A DNA stretch of 64,000 nucleotides from an uncultured Pelagibacteraceae bacterium (GTDB lineage: Bacteria; Pseudomonadota; Alphaproteobacteria; Pelagibacterales; Pelagibacteraceae), in assembly GCA_902566785.1 (NCBI GenBank), contig CACFKI010000004.1, positions 705 through 64,704 on the forward strand, given 5' to 3'. Numbering within the stretch: position 1 is the stretch's first letter; each line of letters opens with the position of its first letter. A model generated the notes under the pieces. The model was given only the letters and a program-made list of their open reading frames with translations. It did no database searches and was not told the DNA's origin. Below are positions 40,252-54,690 of this stretch, one piece after another. Position numbers and translations under genes: made by a program.

Positions 40252-43164
40252 ATGTCCTCATCAAAAAATCTGGAATATCAAAAAACTTCATTTCTATCAA
40301 AAACCAATAGTTCTTTTATTGAAGAAATGTATTTAAAATTTATTAATCAAGATGAAAATATCCCCGAGAGTTGGAAAAAATATTTTGAAGATATAGGAGA
40401 AGATTTAAGTATAGTTGCTAAAGAACTGAATGGTCCTTCTTGGGGCTCAAAAAAAACAAAAATAAATTTAACTCAAATTCAAGAAAATCTTAAATATGAA
40501 AATCAAAGCTTTGAAAAAAATCAAACAAATAATTCAATAAGTGAAAAAGAAATATCCAAAATGAATGGTCAATCTATAAGAGCTGTATCAATGGTTAGAT
40601 CATACAGACAAAGAGGACATTTAATCGCAAAGCTTGATCCGTTAGAAATGAGAGAAATAGATTATTTAGATGAACTACATCCAGATAGTTATGGTTTTAA
40701 AAAAGAAGATTACAATAATAAAATTTATTTAGATGGAGTAATTAATAAACAATATTCAACTATAAAAGAAATACTAGGATTTCTTAGAAAAACATATTGT
40801 GAAAAAATTGGTTATGAATACATGCATATCTCAAATCCAATAGAAAGAAAATGGTTTAGAGATCGAGTGGAGAAAGATGAAAATAGACTTCAATTTACAA
40901 ACAATGGAAAACAAGCAATCTTAAATAAACTTATTCAAGCTGATGGATTTGAAAGGTTTTTGCACACAAAATATGTTGGAACAAAAAGATTCGGATTGGA
41001 TGGAGGAGAAAGTCTTATTCCTGCTTTAGAACAAATTATAAAAATAGGTGGTCAAAATTTTGTTAAAGAAGTTAAAATTGGGATGTCTCACCGCGGAAGG
41101 CTAAACGTTCTAGCCAACGTATTGCAAAAGTCATATAAAAGAATCTTTAATGAATTTGCTGGAGAAATAAATAGTTCTTCAGAGGCTGACACTGCTGGGG
41201 ATGTAAAATATCATTTGGGAGCATCATCAAATCGTGAATTTGATGGGAATTCTGTACATGTAAGTCTTACAGATAACCCTTCACATTTAGAAGCAGTAAA
41301 TCCAGTTGTTTTAGGACAAACACGTGCTAAGCAATTTTTTCATGGAGACAAAGAAAGAAAAAAAGTTATTCCAATATTGATACATGGAGATGCTGCTTTT
41401 GCAGGTCAAGGTATAGTTGCAGAGTGTTTTGCAATGTCAGGATTGCCAGGACATAATACTGGAGGAACAATTCACTTTATTATAAATAACCAAATTGGTT
41501 TTACAACAAGTCCAAGATTTGCAAGATCATCTCCACATCCTTCAGATGTTTCTAAAATGGTTGATGCTCCAATTATTCATGTTAATGGAGATGATCCAGA
41601 AGCTGTAGTCTACGCAGCAAGAATTGCAACAGAATTTAGATTAAAATTTAATAGAGATGTTGTTATTGATTTAGTTTGTTATAGAAGATTTGGTCATAAT
41701 GAAGGTGATGAACCATCTTTTACTCAACCTTTAATGTATAAAAAAATTAAAAACCACCCCTCTACTGTTAAAGTTTATGGTAACAGGCTAGTAAAGGAGA
41801 ATACAATTTCACAAGAAAATTTAAACATTCAAATTAAAGATTTTAAAGAACTTCTAGAGGATCAATTTAAAAATGCAAAAAATTATAAACCAAAAATAGA
41901 ATGGTTTGAAGGTACTTGGTCAAGATATAGACCAAAAAAAGGAAAGGATAAAAGAGGAGTCACTGGATATTCAATAAAAGATCTTACAGATATATCTAAT
42001 AAGGTACATTCTATCCCAGAAAAAATAAATGCACACAAAACAATATTAAAAATTTTTAAAACGAGAAAAGATACTGTGAACAATGGTGATGGTATTGATT
42101 GGTCAACAGCCGAAACACTTGCATTTGGTTCGCTTTTAGAAGAAGGATATCCAGTCAGATTAGTTGGACAAGATTCTGGAAGAGGAACTTTTAGTCAAAG
42201 ACATTCTGTACTTAGAAACCAAATTGATAATTCAAGATATATACCACTTAATAACATTTCAGGTAATCAAAAAAATTTTGAAGTTGTAGATAGTTTTTTA
42301 TCAGAGTTAGCTGTTTTGGGTTTTGAATATGGATACAGTCTAGTTGAACCAAATACTCTTACTATATGGGAAGCACAATTTGGTGATTTTGCAAATGGGG
42401 CTCAAGTTATTATTGATCAGTTTATAGCCTCTGGTGAAAGGAAATGGTCTCGAGCTTCTGGTTTAGTAATGCTCTTACCACATGGATATGAAGGACAAGG
42501 ACCAGAACATTCATCAGCAAGGTTGGAGAGATTTTTACAGCTTTGTTCAAATGACAATATGCAAGTAATGAACTGTACTACGCCTGCAAATTATTTTCAT
42601 GCACTTAGAAGACAAATGCATAGAGAATTTAGAAAACCTTTGGTGATAATGACTCCTAAATCATTGTTGAGAAATAAATTTTGTACTTCTAATATAGATG
42701 ATTTTAGTAAAAATAATTCTTTCCATAGAGTATTGTGGGATCATGCAATTGACCCAAAAAGCAATGGATTTATAAAATTAAAAAAAGATAGTGAAATCAA
42801 GAAAGTTATTCTTTGTTCTGGGAAAGTATATTTTGATTTATTAGTTGCCAGAGAAAAGCTAAAAAGAGATGATGTTATTTTGTTTAGAATAGAACAGCTA
42901 TATCCATTTCCAGTTAAAAGTCTTGTTAAAGAAATCAAACCTTTTGCAAAAAATGCTAAGTTTTATTGGTGTCAAGAGGAACCAAAAAATATGGGAGCAT
43001 GGTTTTCGGTGAGAGATTATATACAATGGACATTAGATAATATTAAAGCTAAAAATAGATATATTTCTTATATTGGGAGAAGTCCTGATGCTACACCTGC
43101 AACTGGTTATGCAAATAGACATTTGGCTCAACAAAAAGAAATTATTGATAAAATATTTAATTAA
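40252..43164 (+). CDS. sucA: 2-oxoglutarate dehydrogenase E1
   Basis: [44 protein letters not shown]. Confidence 0.98.
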   Translation: MSSSKNLEYQKTSFLSKTNSSFIEEMYLKFINQDENIPESWKKYFEDIGEDLSIVAKELNGPSWGSKKTKINLTQIQENLKYENQSFEKNQTNNSISEKEISKMNGQSIRAVSMVRSYRQRGHLIAKLDPLEMREIDYLDELHPDSYGFKKEDYNNKIYLDGVINKQYSTIKEILGFLRKTYCEKIGYEYMHISNPIERKWFRDRVEKDENRLQFTNNGKQAILNKLIQADGFERFLHTKYVGTKRFGLDGGESLIPALEQIIKIGGQNFVKEVKIGMSHRGRLNVLANVLQKSYKRIFNEFAGEINSSSEADTAGDVKYHLGASSNREFDGNSVHVSLTDNPSHLEAVNPVVLGQTRAKQFFHGDKERKKVIPILIHGDAAFAGQGIVAECFAMSGLPGHNTGGTIHFIINNQIGFTTSPRFARSSPHPSDVSKMVDAPIIHVNGDDPEAVVYAARIATEFRLKFNRDVVIDLVCYRRFGHNEGDEPSFTQPLMYKKIKNHPSTVKVYGNRLVKENTISQENLNIQIKDFKELLEDQFKNAKNYKPKIEWFEGTWSRYRPKKGKDKRGVTGYSIKDLTDISNKVHSIPEKINAHKTILKIFKTRKDTVNNGDGIDWSTAETLAFGSLLEEGYPVRLVGQDSGRGTFSQRHSVLRNQIDNSRYIPLNNISGNQKNFEVVDSFLSELAVLGFEYGYSLVEPNTLTIWEAQFGDFANGAQVIIDQFIASGERKWSRASGLVMLLPHGYEGQGPEHSSARLERFLQLCSNDNMQVMNCTTPANYFHALRRQMHREFRKPLVIMTPKSLLRNKFCTSNIDDFSKNNSFHRVLWDHAIDPKSNGFIKLKKDSEIKKVILCSGKVYFDLLVAREKLKRDDVILFRIEQLYPFPVKSLVKEIKPFAKNAKFYWCQEEPKNMGAWFSVRDYIQWTLDNIKAKNRYISYIGRSPDATPATGYANRHLAQQKEIIDKIFN

Positions 43165-43166
43165 AA

Positions 43167-44462
43167 ATGGCAGAAAAAATTTTAGTACCTGTTTTAGGAG
43201 AAAGCATTACAGAAGCAACCGTTTCTAAATGGCTTAAAAATAAAGGTGATAGCATAGTTGCTGATGAGCCAATTGTTGAATTAGAAACAGACAAAGTAAA
43301 TTTAGAGGTTCCAGCGCCTAATGATGGAGTTTTAAGTGAGGTTAACTTCAAAAATGGTGATACAGTTGAGGTTGGAGCAATACTTGGGGAAATTTCAACT
43401 ACAGAACAAAAGATAACTAAATCTGAAAATAAGGCTGTTAAACAAATACCAGAGGAGAAACAAATTAATAATGTAATTAACTTTGATAAAGAGAAAGTTA
43501 ATCAGCCAAAAATTTTTGAAGATATAAAAGCTACTGATGATGAGATTTCAGAAAAGCCCTTAGTACTCACAAAAGAACATAAAGCACAAAAAAACTATGC
43601 TACCAATAACACACTATCACCTGCCGTTCGAAAGATAGTTGAGGAAAATAATATCAAAATTGAAACAGTCAAAGGAACTGGTAAATCAGGCCAAATTTTA
43701 AAGGGTGATTTAATAAGTTTAATGGGTACAAACCCTATGCCTTCAGAAAGAAAAATTAAATTTGGTGAAGAAGAAAGAATTAGAATGAGCAGGTTAAGAC
43801 AAACTATCGCAAAAAGATTAAAACAAGCACAAGAAAACGCTGCAATGCTTACTACATTTAACGAAGTTGATATGGGAAATATAATTGAAATGAGAAAAAA
43901 TAATCAAAGCGATTTTCAAAGTCGCTTTGGAGTCAAATTAGGTTTTATGTCTTTTTTTGTAAAGGCAAGTGTTTTAGCTCTAAAATCTTTTCCAGCAATT
44001 AATGCTGAAATTGAAGGTGATGAAATAATTTATAAAAATTATTATAATATAAGTTTTGCGGTTGGTACTGAAAAGGGTTTAGTTGTTCCAGTTATAAAAA
44101 ATGCTGACGAAAAATCATTTGCAGAAATTGAAAAAACTATAAAAGAAATGTCTGATAAAGCTAAAAATGGAAATTTAGCCATAGAAGATTTGCAGGGTGG
44201 TACTTTTACTATAAGCAATGGAGGTGTTTATGGTTCAATGCTTTCAACGCCAATATTAAACCCTCCACAATCAGGAGTTTTAGGTATGCATAATATTATT
44301 GAAAGACCGATAGTAATTAATGGAGAAATTAAAATTAGACCAGTTATGTATTTAGCGCTTTCTTATGATCATAGAATTATTGATGGAAAAGACTCAGTGT
44401 CTTTTTTGAAAACTTTAAAAGATAATCTTGAAGATCCAAGAAAATTATTTTTAGACTTATAA
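43167..44462 (+). CDS. sucB: Dihydrolipoamide succinyltransferase E2
   Basis: Lipoyl ETDKV, SPAVRK peripheral subunit-binding domain, SYDHRIIDG. Confidence 0.97.
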   Translation: MAEKILVPVLGESITEATVSKWLKNKGDSIVADEPIVELETDKVNLEVPAPNDGVLSEVNFKNGDTVEVGAILGEISTTEQKITKSENKAVKQIPEEKQINNVINFDKEKVNQPKIFEDIKATDDEISEKPLVLTKEHKAQKNYATNNTLSPAVRKIVEENNIKIETVKGTGKSGQILKGDLISLMGTNPMPSERKIKFGEEERIRMSRLRQTIAKRLKQAQENAAMLTTFNEVDMGNIIEMRKNNQSDFQSRFGVKLGFMSFFVKASVLALKSFPAINAEIEGDEIIYKNYYNISFAVGTEKGLVVPVIKNADEKSFAEIEKTIKEMSDKAKNGNLAIEDLQGGTFTISNGGVYGSMLSTPILNPPQSGVLGMHNIIERPIVINGEIKIRPVMYLALSYDHRIIDGKDSVSFLKTLKDNLEDPRKLFLDL

Positions 44463-45863
44463 ATGGTAGAAAAATTTCAAGCAGTAGTAATTGGAGGAGG
44501 TCCAGGTGGCTATGTATGTGCAATTAGACTTGCCCAACTTGGATTTAAGACTGCTTGCATTGAGTCAAGGGGTACTCTAGGAGGTACATGTCTTAATATT
44601 GGTTGTATACCATCTAAAAACCTACTTAATTTCTCAGAAAACTTCCATAAAGCTAAAAATTTTTCTGAAATAGGAATTGAGGTTGGAGAAGTAAAGTTAA
44701 ATCTTCAAAAAATGATGCAGAATAAAGATAAAGCGGTTAAGGTTTTAACCAAAGGTGTAGAATTTTTATTTAAAAAAAATAAAGTTACCTATTTCAAAGG
44801 AACAGGAAAACTAATATCGGGCACTCAAATTAATATTTCAAGTTCAGATAATTCAGAAACAAAAATAGAAAGTGAAAATATAATTATAAGTACTGGATCA
44901 GAACCTGTATCAATTCCTGGAGTTGACTTCGATGAAAAGACAATAGTTTCATCTACAGGAGCCTTATCACTTGAAACTGTACCTAAAAAACTCGTTGTTA
45001 TTGGTGGAGGATATATAGGTTTAGAGATGGGATCTGTTTGGTCTAGACTGGGTTCAGAAGTACATGTTATAGAATTTTTAGATCATATAACTCCTGGTAT
45101 GGATAAAGAAATTTCAAGTGAATTTTTGAAAATTTTAAAAAAACAGGGTCTAAAATTTCATTTAAGTACTAAAGTTGAAAAAGTAATAAAAAATAAAAAT
45201 GGTGTTAATATTAGCACTATAGATAAATCTGGAAAAAAAAATACAACAGACTGTGATGTTGTTCTAATTGCTGTTGGAAGAAAAGCTTATACAAAAAATT
45301 TAAATCTTGATGGACTAGGAATTGATTTAGATGATAAAAAAAGAATTAAGGTTAATAAAAAATTTCAGACTAACATAAAAAATATTTATGCTATTGGAGA
45401 TGTTATAGAGGGACCAATGTTGGCTCACAAAGCGGAAGAAGAAGGAATTGCTGTAGCTGAATTAATTGCAGGTCAATCTGGTCATGTAAATTATAATATT
45501 ATTCCTGGGGTAATTTATACAACCCCTGAAGTTGCTGTAATTGGAGAGACAGAAGAGCAGCTCATAAAAAAAAATTTAAAATATAAAGTAGGAAAGTTCC
45601 CTTTTATGGCTAATTCAAGAGCTAAAGCAATCGATGAGCCAGATGGATTTGTAAAAATTTTAGCTGATGCAACTTCTGATAAAGTATTGGGAGTTCATTT
45701 AATAGGACCTCATGCAGGTGAACTTATAGCAGAAATGGCAATAGCAATGGAATTTGGTGCAAGTTCAGAGGATATAGCTAGAACTTGTCATGCACATCCA
45801 ACATTTTCAGAAGCTGTTAAAGAAGCAGCTTTATCAGTAGATAAAAGACAAATTCACTCGTAA
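44463..45863 (+). CDS. lpdA: Dihydrolipoamide dehydrogenase E3
   Basis: GGGPGGY, GGTCLNIGCIPSK, HAHPTFSE. Confidence 0.98.
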   Translation: MVEKFQAVVIGGGPGGYVCAIRLAQLGFKTACIESRGTLGGTCLNIGCIPSKNLLNFSENFHKAKNFSEIGIEVGEVKLNLQKMMQNKDKAVKVLTKGVEFLFKKNKVTYFKGTGKLISGTQINISSSDNSETKIESENIIISTGSEPVSIPGVDFDEKTIVSSTGALSLETVPKKLVVIGGGYIGLEMGSVWSRLGSEVHVIEFLDHITPGMDKEISSEFLKILKKQGLKFHLSTKVEKVIKNKNGVNISTIDKSGKKNTTDCDVVLIAVGRKAYTKNLNLDGLGIDLDDKKRIKVNKKFQTNIKNIYAIGDVIEGPMLAHKAEEEGIAVAELIAGQSGHVNYNIIPGVIYTTPEVAVIGETEEQLIKKNLKYKVGKFPFMANSRAKAIDEPDGFVKILADATSDKVLGVHLIGPHAGELIAEMAIAMEFGASSEDIARTCHAHPTFSEAVKEAALSVDKRQIHS

Positions 45864-45882
45864 TATATTTTCATATGAAAAT

Positions 45883-47841
45883 ATGAAAATTCCAGTTCTA
45901 ATTCCAAATATATTCAATCATCCATTTACATATGATGATAACGGTCTAAATTTAAAAAAAGGTGATTATGTTGAAATTCCATTTGGAAAAAAGAGTAAAA
46001 TAGGAGTAGTTTGGGATGAGTTTGAGAAAAACATTAATAAGGATTTTTCAATTAAACCAGTTTTGAGAAAACTGAAAATTCCATCATTAAATATAGAGAC
46101 TATAAAATTTCTTAAATGGTTTTCTGAATACAATCTAGTGCCTCTAGGAATGTCATTAAAATTACATTTATTGAGCAACGAGGCTATTGAAAGTTATAAA
46201 ATTAATGAATTCAATAAATTTAAACATTCAAAAAAGCCTAATAAATTAAGTCTTTCTAGTGAACAAGAAAAATCTTTAAAGGAAATTACTAGTAATGATG
46301 AAAAATTTAGGGTTCATGTAATACAAGGTACGACTGGTTCTGGAAAAACTATAGTGTATTTTAATAGCTTAAAAAAAAAAATTGATGAAGGTTTCCAAGG
46401 TTTAATTTTACTTCCAGAAATAGGTTTAACTAGAGATTTTCAAAAAAAATTTTTAGATTTTTTTGGTTTTGAAGCTGCAATTTGGCACTCTTCAATAACT
46501 AAAAAAAATAAAAAAATTATTTGGAGTGGGATTTCAACAGGAAAAATAAAAGTAATAATTGGTGCAAGATCATCTTTATTTTTACCTTTCTTAAAACTAG
46601 GATTAATAATAGTTGATGAAGAACATGATCAATCTTACAAGCAAGATGAAGGTGTAATTTATAATGCACGAGATATGGCTATATCAAAAGCTTCGTTTTT
46701 AAACATACCTATAAATCTTGTGACAGCTGTCCCATCTCTAGAAACATTTTATAATATTAAAAAAGGAAAATTTTTAGTTACCAGGTTACATAAAAGATAT
46801 TTGGATGCAAAATTACCAAATCATGAAATAATCAAAGTTAATGAAGGATCTTCAAAGAAAAATTTATGGATATCTCAAAAAATAATAGACAAAGTAAATG
46901 AACATTTAAATAAAAAGGATCAAGTTCTTTTTTTTGTAAATCGAAGAGGTTTTTCTCCTTTTGTATTATGTAAAAATTGTTTAAAACCACACTCTTGTCC
47001 AAATTGTTCGATTAATCTGGTTTATCACAAAAGAAAAGGGAAACTAATTTGCCATTACTGTGGATTTAAAAGTTCACTTTCAAGAACATGTGATAAAAAT
47101 AAAAAATGTGAATACATATTTAGTGGACCAGGTGTTGAAAAAGTTTATGAAGAAGTAAAAAATATTTTTAATGGAAATAAGATAGAAATTTTTTCAAGTG
47201 ATACTATGAATAAAAAATCATCTACTAATATGCTAGAAAATATTATAAATAACAAAATTAATATTTTAATAGGGACTCAACTAATTTCGAAAGGTTTCCA
47301 TTTTCCCAATCTAAATTGTATCATTGTACTTGATATAGACATCAGTTTACGTGGTTATGATCTTAGGGTAGCTGAAAAAAATTTACAGCTTTACCACCAA
47401 TTATCAGGAAGAGCTGGAAGAGCAGGGAAACCAGCTACAGTCTATTTTCAAACTTTTAAAAATAATTCAAATATCATTTCTCAAATAACAAATTCGGACC
47501 CTAATAAGTTTTTAGAAACAGAATTAGATTTAAGAAGAAAAAATTCACTTCCACCATTTGAAAGATTTATAGCAATTATAATTAGTGGAAAAAAAGAAAC
47601 AAAAGTGGAGGAATTATCAAATCACTTAAAAGAAATTTTAGAGAAAAAATTAAATGCTAGAATTTTAGGACCAGTAGTAGCACCGATTTTAAAAATAAAA
47701 AATAACTATAGGTATAGAATCTTGATTAGATCCAAAAAATCTGAAAATATTCAGAAAAACTTGTCCACAATATTGAATAAATTCAAAAAACAAACTGAAA
47801 TAAAACTAGTGGTTGATGTTGATCCAATTAGCTTTAATTAA
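45883..47841 (+). CDS. priA: Replication restart helicase PriA (compact form)
   Basis: GTTGSGKT, DEEHD, NRRGF, CxxC clusters, GRAGR, VDVDP. Confidence 0.95.
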   Translation: MKIPVLIPNIFNHPFTYDDNGLNLKKGDYVEIPFGKKSKIGVVWDEFEKNINKDFSIKPVLRKLKIPSLNIETIKFLKWFSEYNLVPLGMSLKLHLLSNEAIESYKINEFNKFKHSKKPNKLSLSSEQEKSLKEITSNDEKFRVHVIQGTTGSGKTIVYFNSLKKKIDEGFQGLILLPEIGLTRDFQKKFLDFFGFEAAIWHSSITKKNKKIIWSGISTGKIKVIIGARSSLFLPFLKLGLIIVDEEHDQSYKQDEGVIYNARDMAISKASFLNIPINLVTAVPSLETFYNIKKGKFLVTRLHKRYLDAKLPNHEIIKVNEGSSKKNLWISQKIIDKVNEHLNKKDQVLFFVNRRGFSPFVLCKNCLKPHSCPNCSINLVYHKRKGKLICHYCGFKSSLSRTCDKNKKCEYIFSGPGVEKVYEEVKNIFNGNKIEIFSSDTMNKKSSTNMLENIINNKINILIGTQLISKGFHFPNLNCIIVLDIDISLRGYDLRVAEKNLQLYHQLSGRAGRAGKPATVYFQTFKNNSNIISQITNSDPNKFLETELDLRRKNSLPPFERFIAIIISGKKETKVEELSNHLKEILEKKLNARILGPVVAPILKIKNNYRYRILIRSKKSENIQKNLSTILNKFKKQTEIKLVVDVDPISFN

Positions 47842-47943
47842 GCAATAAATTAAAGGGTTTTTACACAATGTGTCGCTTGAAGAGATTAATATCATATGTT
47901 AATTAATTTCAAATTTTATAAATTCTCACTATAAGGATTCAAA

Positions 47944-48501
47944 TTGAGCAACAAAAATAGTTTTTCTGATGCATCAGCAAAAAGCTATTCCCAGGCTTTG
48001 TATGAACTGGCTTTAGAAGAGAATTCCCTTAAAGAAGTAGAAGAGAATGTTCAGGTTCTAATAAATCTAATATCGAAAAGTGAGGATTTAAATATTTTAA
48101 TTAAAAATCCCACTTATAAGCAAGATGAGCAAGTAAATATCATAAGTATTTTATTTCAAAAATTTCAATTTAATAATTTATTAAAAAAATTTATTAGCTT
48201 TTTAATTCAAAAAAGAAGGTTTTTCTATTTAGAAAATATATTAAAGGGTTTTATTGATGCTTGCTCAAAAAATAGAGGAGAAATAACGGCAAAATTATCA
48301 GTTGCAAAAGCGCTGAGCAGTGAAGAAATTAATAAAATAAAAAATGATTTATCACAAAATTTTGGTTCAGATGTAAAACTTAATTATACACTTGATCCAA
48401 GTTTAATTGGTGGATTGATAATGCAAGTTGAAAGTTTAATGATTGATACATCTATTAAAAATAAGTTACAACAAATCGAAAATAAAATGATAGAGGTGTA
48501 A
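47944..48501 (+). CDS. atpH: ATP synthase F1 delta subunit
   Basis: YSQALY, DPSLIGG, IDTSIK.KL; precedes atpA. Confidence 0.93.
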   Translation: MSNKNSFSDASAKSYSQALYELALEENSLKEVEENVQVLINLISKSEDLNILIKNPTYKQDEQVNIISILFQKFQFNNLLKKFISFLIQKRRFFYLENILKGFIDACSKNRGEITAKLSVAKALSSEEINKIKNDLSQNFGSDVKLNYTLDPSLIGGLIMQVESLMIDTSIKNKLQQIENKMIEV

Positions 48502-50033
48502 ATGGAAATTAATCCTTCAGAAGTAACAAAGATTCTAAAAGAACAAATAAAAAAATTTGGAGATAAAGCTGAAGTAACTGAAGTAGGTCAAGTTTTATCA
48601 GTTGGTGATGGTATAGCAAGAATTTATGGATTAGATAATGTTCAAGCAGGTGAAATGGTTGAGTTTGCGGATGGATCTAAAGGTATGGCACTTAACCTAG
48701 AAAGCGATAATGTAGGTGTTGTAATATTTGGAGATGATAAAGCTGTTAAAGAAGGAGATACTGTTAAAAGAACTGGAGCAATTGTCGATACTCCAGTTGG
48801 AAAAGAACTTTTGGGAAGAGTGGTTGACGGATTAGGAAATCCAATTGATGGCAAAGGTAATTTAAATAAAACTGTAAAACGAAGTAGGGTTGAAGTAAAA
48901 GCTCCAGGTATAATTCCAAGAAAGTCTGTAAGTGAACCAATGCAATCAGGTTTAAAATCTGTAGACAGCTTAGTTCCAATTGGGAGAGGACAAAGAGAAT
49001 TAATTATTGGAGATAGACAAACAGGAAAAACTGCTGTTGCGATTGATACAATAATAAATCAAAAAAAAATCAATGAGTCTGGAGATGAAAAACAAAAATT
49101 ATATTGTATATATGTTGCAATCGGCCAAAAGAGATCAACAGTAAGACAAATAGAAAAAACATTAGAAGAAGCTGGAGCAATGGAATATACAACGATAGTT
49201 GCTGCTACAGCCTCTGATGCGGCCCCACTACAATTTTTAGCCCCATATACAGGTTGTGCAATGGGAGAATTTTTTAGAGATAATGGTATGCATGCATTAA
49301 TAATTTATGACGACTTGTCAAAACAAGCAGTTGCTTATAGACAGATGTCTTTATTGTTAAGAAGACCACCTGGAAGAGAAGCTTACCCTGGTGATGTGTT
49401 TTATTTACATAGCAGACTTTTAGAGAGAGCTGCTAAATTAAGCGATGAACATGGAGGTGGGTCACTTACAGCTCTACCTATTATTGAAACTCAAGGAGGT
49501 GATGTATCTGCATTTATCCCAACTAATGTAATATCTATAACTGATGGTCAAATATTTTTAGAAACAAATCTATTTAATCAAGGAATAAGACCAGCCATAA
49601 ATGTAGGTTTATCTGTTTCTAGGGTTGGATCATCTGCACAAACAAAAGCAATGAAAAAAGTTTCAGGATCTATGAAATTAGAATTAGCACAATACAGAGA
49701 AATGGCTGCTTTCGCTCAATTTGGATCTGATTTAGATGCTTCAACGCAAAAACTTTTAAATAGAGGCTCAAAGTTAACTGAACTTTTAAAACAAAAACAG
49801 TATTCACCCATGACTGTAGCTGAACAAGTTGTCTCAGTATTTTGCGGTGTTAAAGGTTACCTTGATGATGTTGATTTAAAAGATATAGCTATTTTTGAGT
49901 CTAAAATAATTGATAAATGTAGATCCGAAAAACCAGAAATCTTAGAAACAATTTCAAAAACTGGAAAACTTGATGAAGAAACTGAAAATGCATTAATTGC
50001 ATTAATAAAACAACATAAAGAAAGCTCTAAATA

Positions 50034-50034
<1 letters not shown>
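48502..50034 (+). CDS. atpA: ATP synthase F1 alpha subunit
   Basis: [20 protein letters not shown]. Confidence 0.99.
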
Positions 50035-52326
<2,292 letters not shown>

Positions 52327-52327
<1 letters not shown>

Positions 52328-52719
52328 TGAGTGAAGAATTTAAAGTTGAAATAGTAAACCCTGAACAATCTTTCCTTTCAAAAGAAGATGCTATCGAAGT
52401 TGTAGTACCTGCATTTGAGGGTGAAATGGGAATTTTAAAAGATCATATTCCGATAATATCATTTTTAAAACCAGGAATAATCAAAGTTTTTAGAAAAACA
52501 GATGAAGAAAATTATTATGTAGAGGACGGTATACTTGAGTTTAAAGATAATAATTTATCAATTCTTACTAGCACAATATTCAAGGTTTCAGATTTAGATA
52601 AAAATAAAATTGAAAATTTAATTTCAGAGTCCGAAAAAGCTTCACAACAAGAAAATTTAGATGATCAATCAAAATTTTTAATTGATCAAAAGATTGAAGT
52701 ATTGAAAACTTTAAATTAA
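52327..52719 (+). CDS. atpC: ATP synthase F1 epsilon subunit
   Basis: EIVNPE, GEMGIL.DH.P; ATG overlaps the atpD stop (TGATG). Confidence 0.93.
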
Positions 52720-53192
52720 TTCAATACCTCTTTAACTTTATTCTTTATGATTTGGTAAATTTCAAATTTAAAATCTACTACAAAATTTGTGATTTCATCA
52801 ATTTCTATCCATCGCCATTCTAAAAATTCAGGATGTTTAGTTTTAAGATTTATTTCATTATCATTTCCTATAAATCTCATCAAAAACCATTTTTGTTTTT
52901 GACCTCTATATTTTCCTTTCCAAATAATTCCTAATAAATTATCTGGTAGCTCGTAAGTTGTCATACCATCAAGTTCCTTTATTAATTTGACATTATTTAT
53001 ACTGGTTTCTTCTTTTAATTCTCTTAGAGCTGCAGATAAAAAATCCTCATTATTATCAACACCACCTTGTGGCATTTGCCAAAAATTTTTTGGATTGTCT
53101 ATTCGTTTTGCAACAAAGACTTTATTTTCAGAGTTTAATAAGACAACCCCAACACCTTTTCGCAAAGGTAATTTTTTAAATTTTTCTAACAT
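52716..53192 (-). CDS. rppH: RNA pyrophosphohydrolase (Nudix)
   Basis: WQMPQGG…AALRELKEET Nudix box, GQKQKWF. Confidence 0.95.
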   Translation of the reverse strand: MLEKFKKLPLRKGVGVVLLNSENKVFVAKRIDNPKNFWQMPQGGVDNNEDFLSAALRELKEETSINNVKLIKELDGMTTYELPDNLLGIIWKGKYRGQKQKWFLMRFIGNDNEINLKTKHPEFLEWRWIEIDEITNFVVDFKFEIYQIIKNKVKEVLN

Positions 53193-53195
53193 TCT

Positions 53196-54326
53196 CTATC
53201 CGTTTAGTAATTTTAATGCGAAGTCTAATTGATTATCAGTTGATGAGTCAATTCTAAATAAGTCGGAGCTTTCCTCTACTACAATGTCAGGGGTAACACC
53301 TTTACCTGAAATGGATTTACCTGAAGGTAAATAATACTTTGAAATAGTCAATCTTATAGCACCTTTATTTTTGAGCGGAATTATGGATTGAACAGATCCT
53401 TTTCCATAACTATTTTCACCTATTATTATCGCCCTCTTGTGGTCTTTAAGTGCTCCTGCAACAATTTCTGCAGCTGATGCAGAACCATAATTTATTAATA
53501 CTAAAAGTGTTTCTCCATTTATTATATCTCCATTTTTTGCAAACCATTTTCTATTTTCATTTGATTTTCTGCCTTTTGTTGCAACAATTTCTCCACTATT
53601 TAAAAAAAAATCAGAAATTTTAATTGCTTGTGAAAGTAAACCACCAGGATTATTTCTTAAATCTAAAATATATTTGTTAATATTGTTATCTTTTTTAAAA
53701 CCCTTAACTATTTTTTTTATTTGACTAGCACTATTTTCATTGAAGGATGTAAGTCTGATATATCCAACTTTATCATCAATTATTTTTGATTTAACAGATT
53801 TAACTTCAATTATTTCTCTTATAATTTGAAACACAAATGATTTTTTTTCACCAATTCTTCTGATTGTAATTTCAATTGGGCTACCAACTGGTCCTCGCAT
53901 CAAATCCACAGCTTCGCTAAGTGTTTTTCCTTGGACCTGGACTCCATCAATCTTAACTATGTAATCTCCTGCTTTTACTCCGGCTTGTTCTGCAGGCGAG
54001 TCATCCATTGGAGTTATTACTTTTACTACACCCGCTTCCATTCCAACTTCAATCCCCAAACCTCCAAACTCACCACTAGTTTCAGTTTGCATTTCTTTAA
54101 ATAATTCTGGGGACATATAAGCTGAATACGGGTCTAATGATTGAAGGACACCGTTTATAGCCGCATCCATAGCATCACTTTGATTTACCTCTTCTACATA
54201 TTCTTTATTAACTTTGTCTAAAACTTCTCCAAATAAATCAATTTTGTCATAAATAGTATCATCATTTGCTGATAGAGCTAAATTTGTTGAAAAAAAAAGA
54301 AATAAAATTGAAATAAAATTCTTCAT
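53196..54326 (-). CDS. ctpA: Carboxy-terminal processing protease (S41)
   Basis: LDPYS, FGGLGI PDZ, DLRNNPGG, SASAAE, GKGSVQ. Confidence 0.94.
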   Translation of the reverse strand: MKNFISILFLFFSTNLALSANDDTIYDKIDLFGEVLDKVNKEYVEEVNQSDAMDAAINGVLQSLDPYSAYMSPELFKEMQTETSGEFGGLGIEVGMEAGVVKVITPMDDSPAEQAGVKAGDYIVKIDGVQVQGKTLSEAVDLMRGPVGSPIEITIRRIGEKKSFVFQIIREIIEVKSVKSKIIDDKVGYIRLTSFNENSASQIKKIVKGFKKDNNINKYILDLRNNPGGLLSQAIKISDFFLNSGEIVATKGRKSNENRKWFAKNGDIINGETLLVLINYGSASAAEIVAGALKDHKRAIIIGENSYGKGSVQSIIPLKNKGAIRLTISKYYLPSGKSISGKGVTPDIVVEESSDLFRIDSSTDNQLDFALKLLNG

Positions 54327-54673
54327 ATTATTAATTTTTCTTTAGGAATTAATTCAGACCAGATTTTTTCTATTTCATAAAATTTCCTTTTTTCAGGATT
54401 AAAAATATGAACAATTAAATCTATACCATCAATAAGTTTCCACTCACTACTTTCCGATCCCTCAATTTTACAGTTTTTGATACCATTAATTTTAAATTCT
54501 TCTAAAACCTGTTCAGATAATGCCTGAATATGTCTCGAAGATGTACCACTAGCAATTATCATGTAGTCCGCTATTGAAGATTTATTTGACAAGTCGATTG
54601 ATACTATATCTAAAGCTTTGTTTGAATCTAATTTTTTAATTACAGTTTTTTTTAGATCCAAAATTTTATCCAT
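54323..54673 (-). CDS. rsfS: Ribosome silencing factor
   Basis: KALDI, DYMIIASG.S.RH, W.LID..D.IVHIF…R.FY.IEKIW. Confidence 0.94.
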   Translation of the reverse strand: MDKILDLKKTVIKKLDSNKALDIVSIDLSNKSSIADYMIIASGTSSRHIQALSEQVLEEFKINGIKNCKIEGSESSEWKLIDGIDLIVHIFNPEKRKFYEIEKIWSELIPKEKLII

Positions 54674-54690
54674 TAATTACTTAAACCCTA

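Noticed and set aside
47842-47943. Possible structured leader before atpH (ACACA-A-TGTGT)
   Set aside because: Only a 5-bp palindrome in AT-rich DNA; insufficient evidence.
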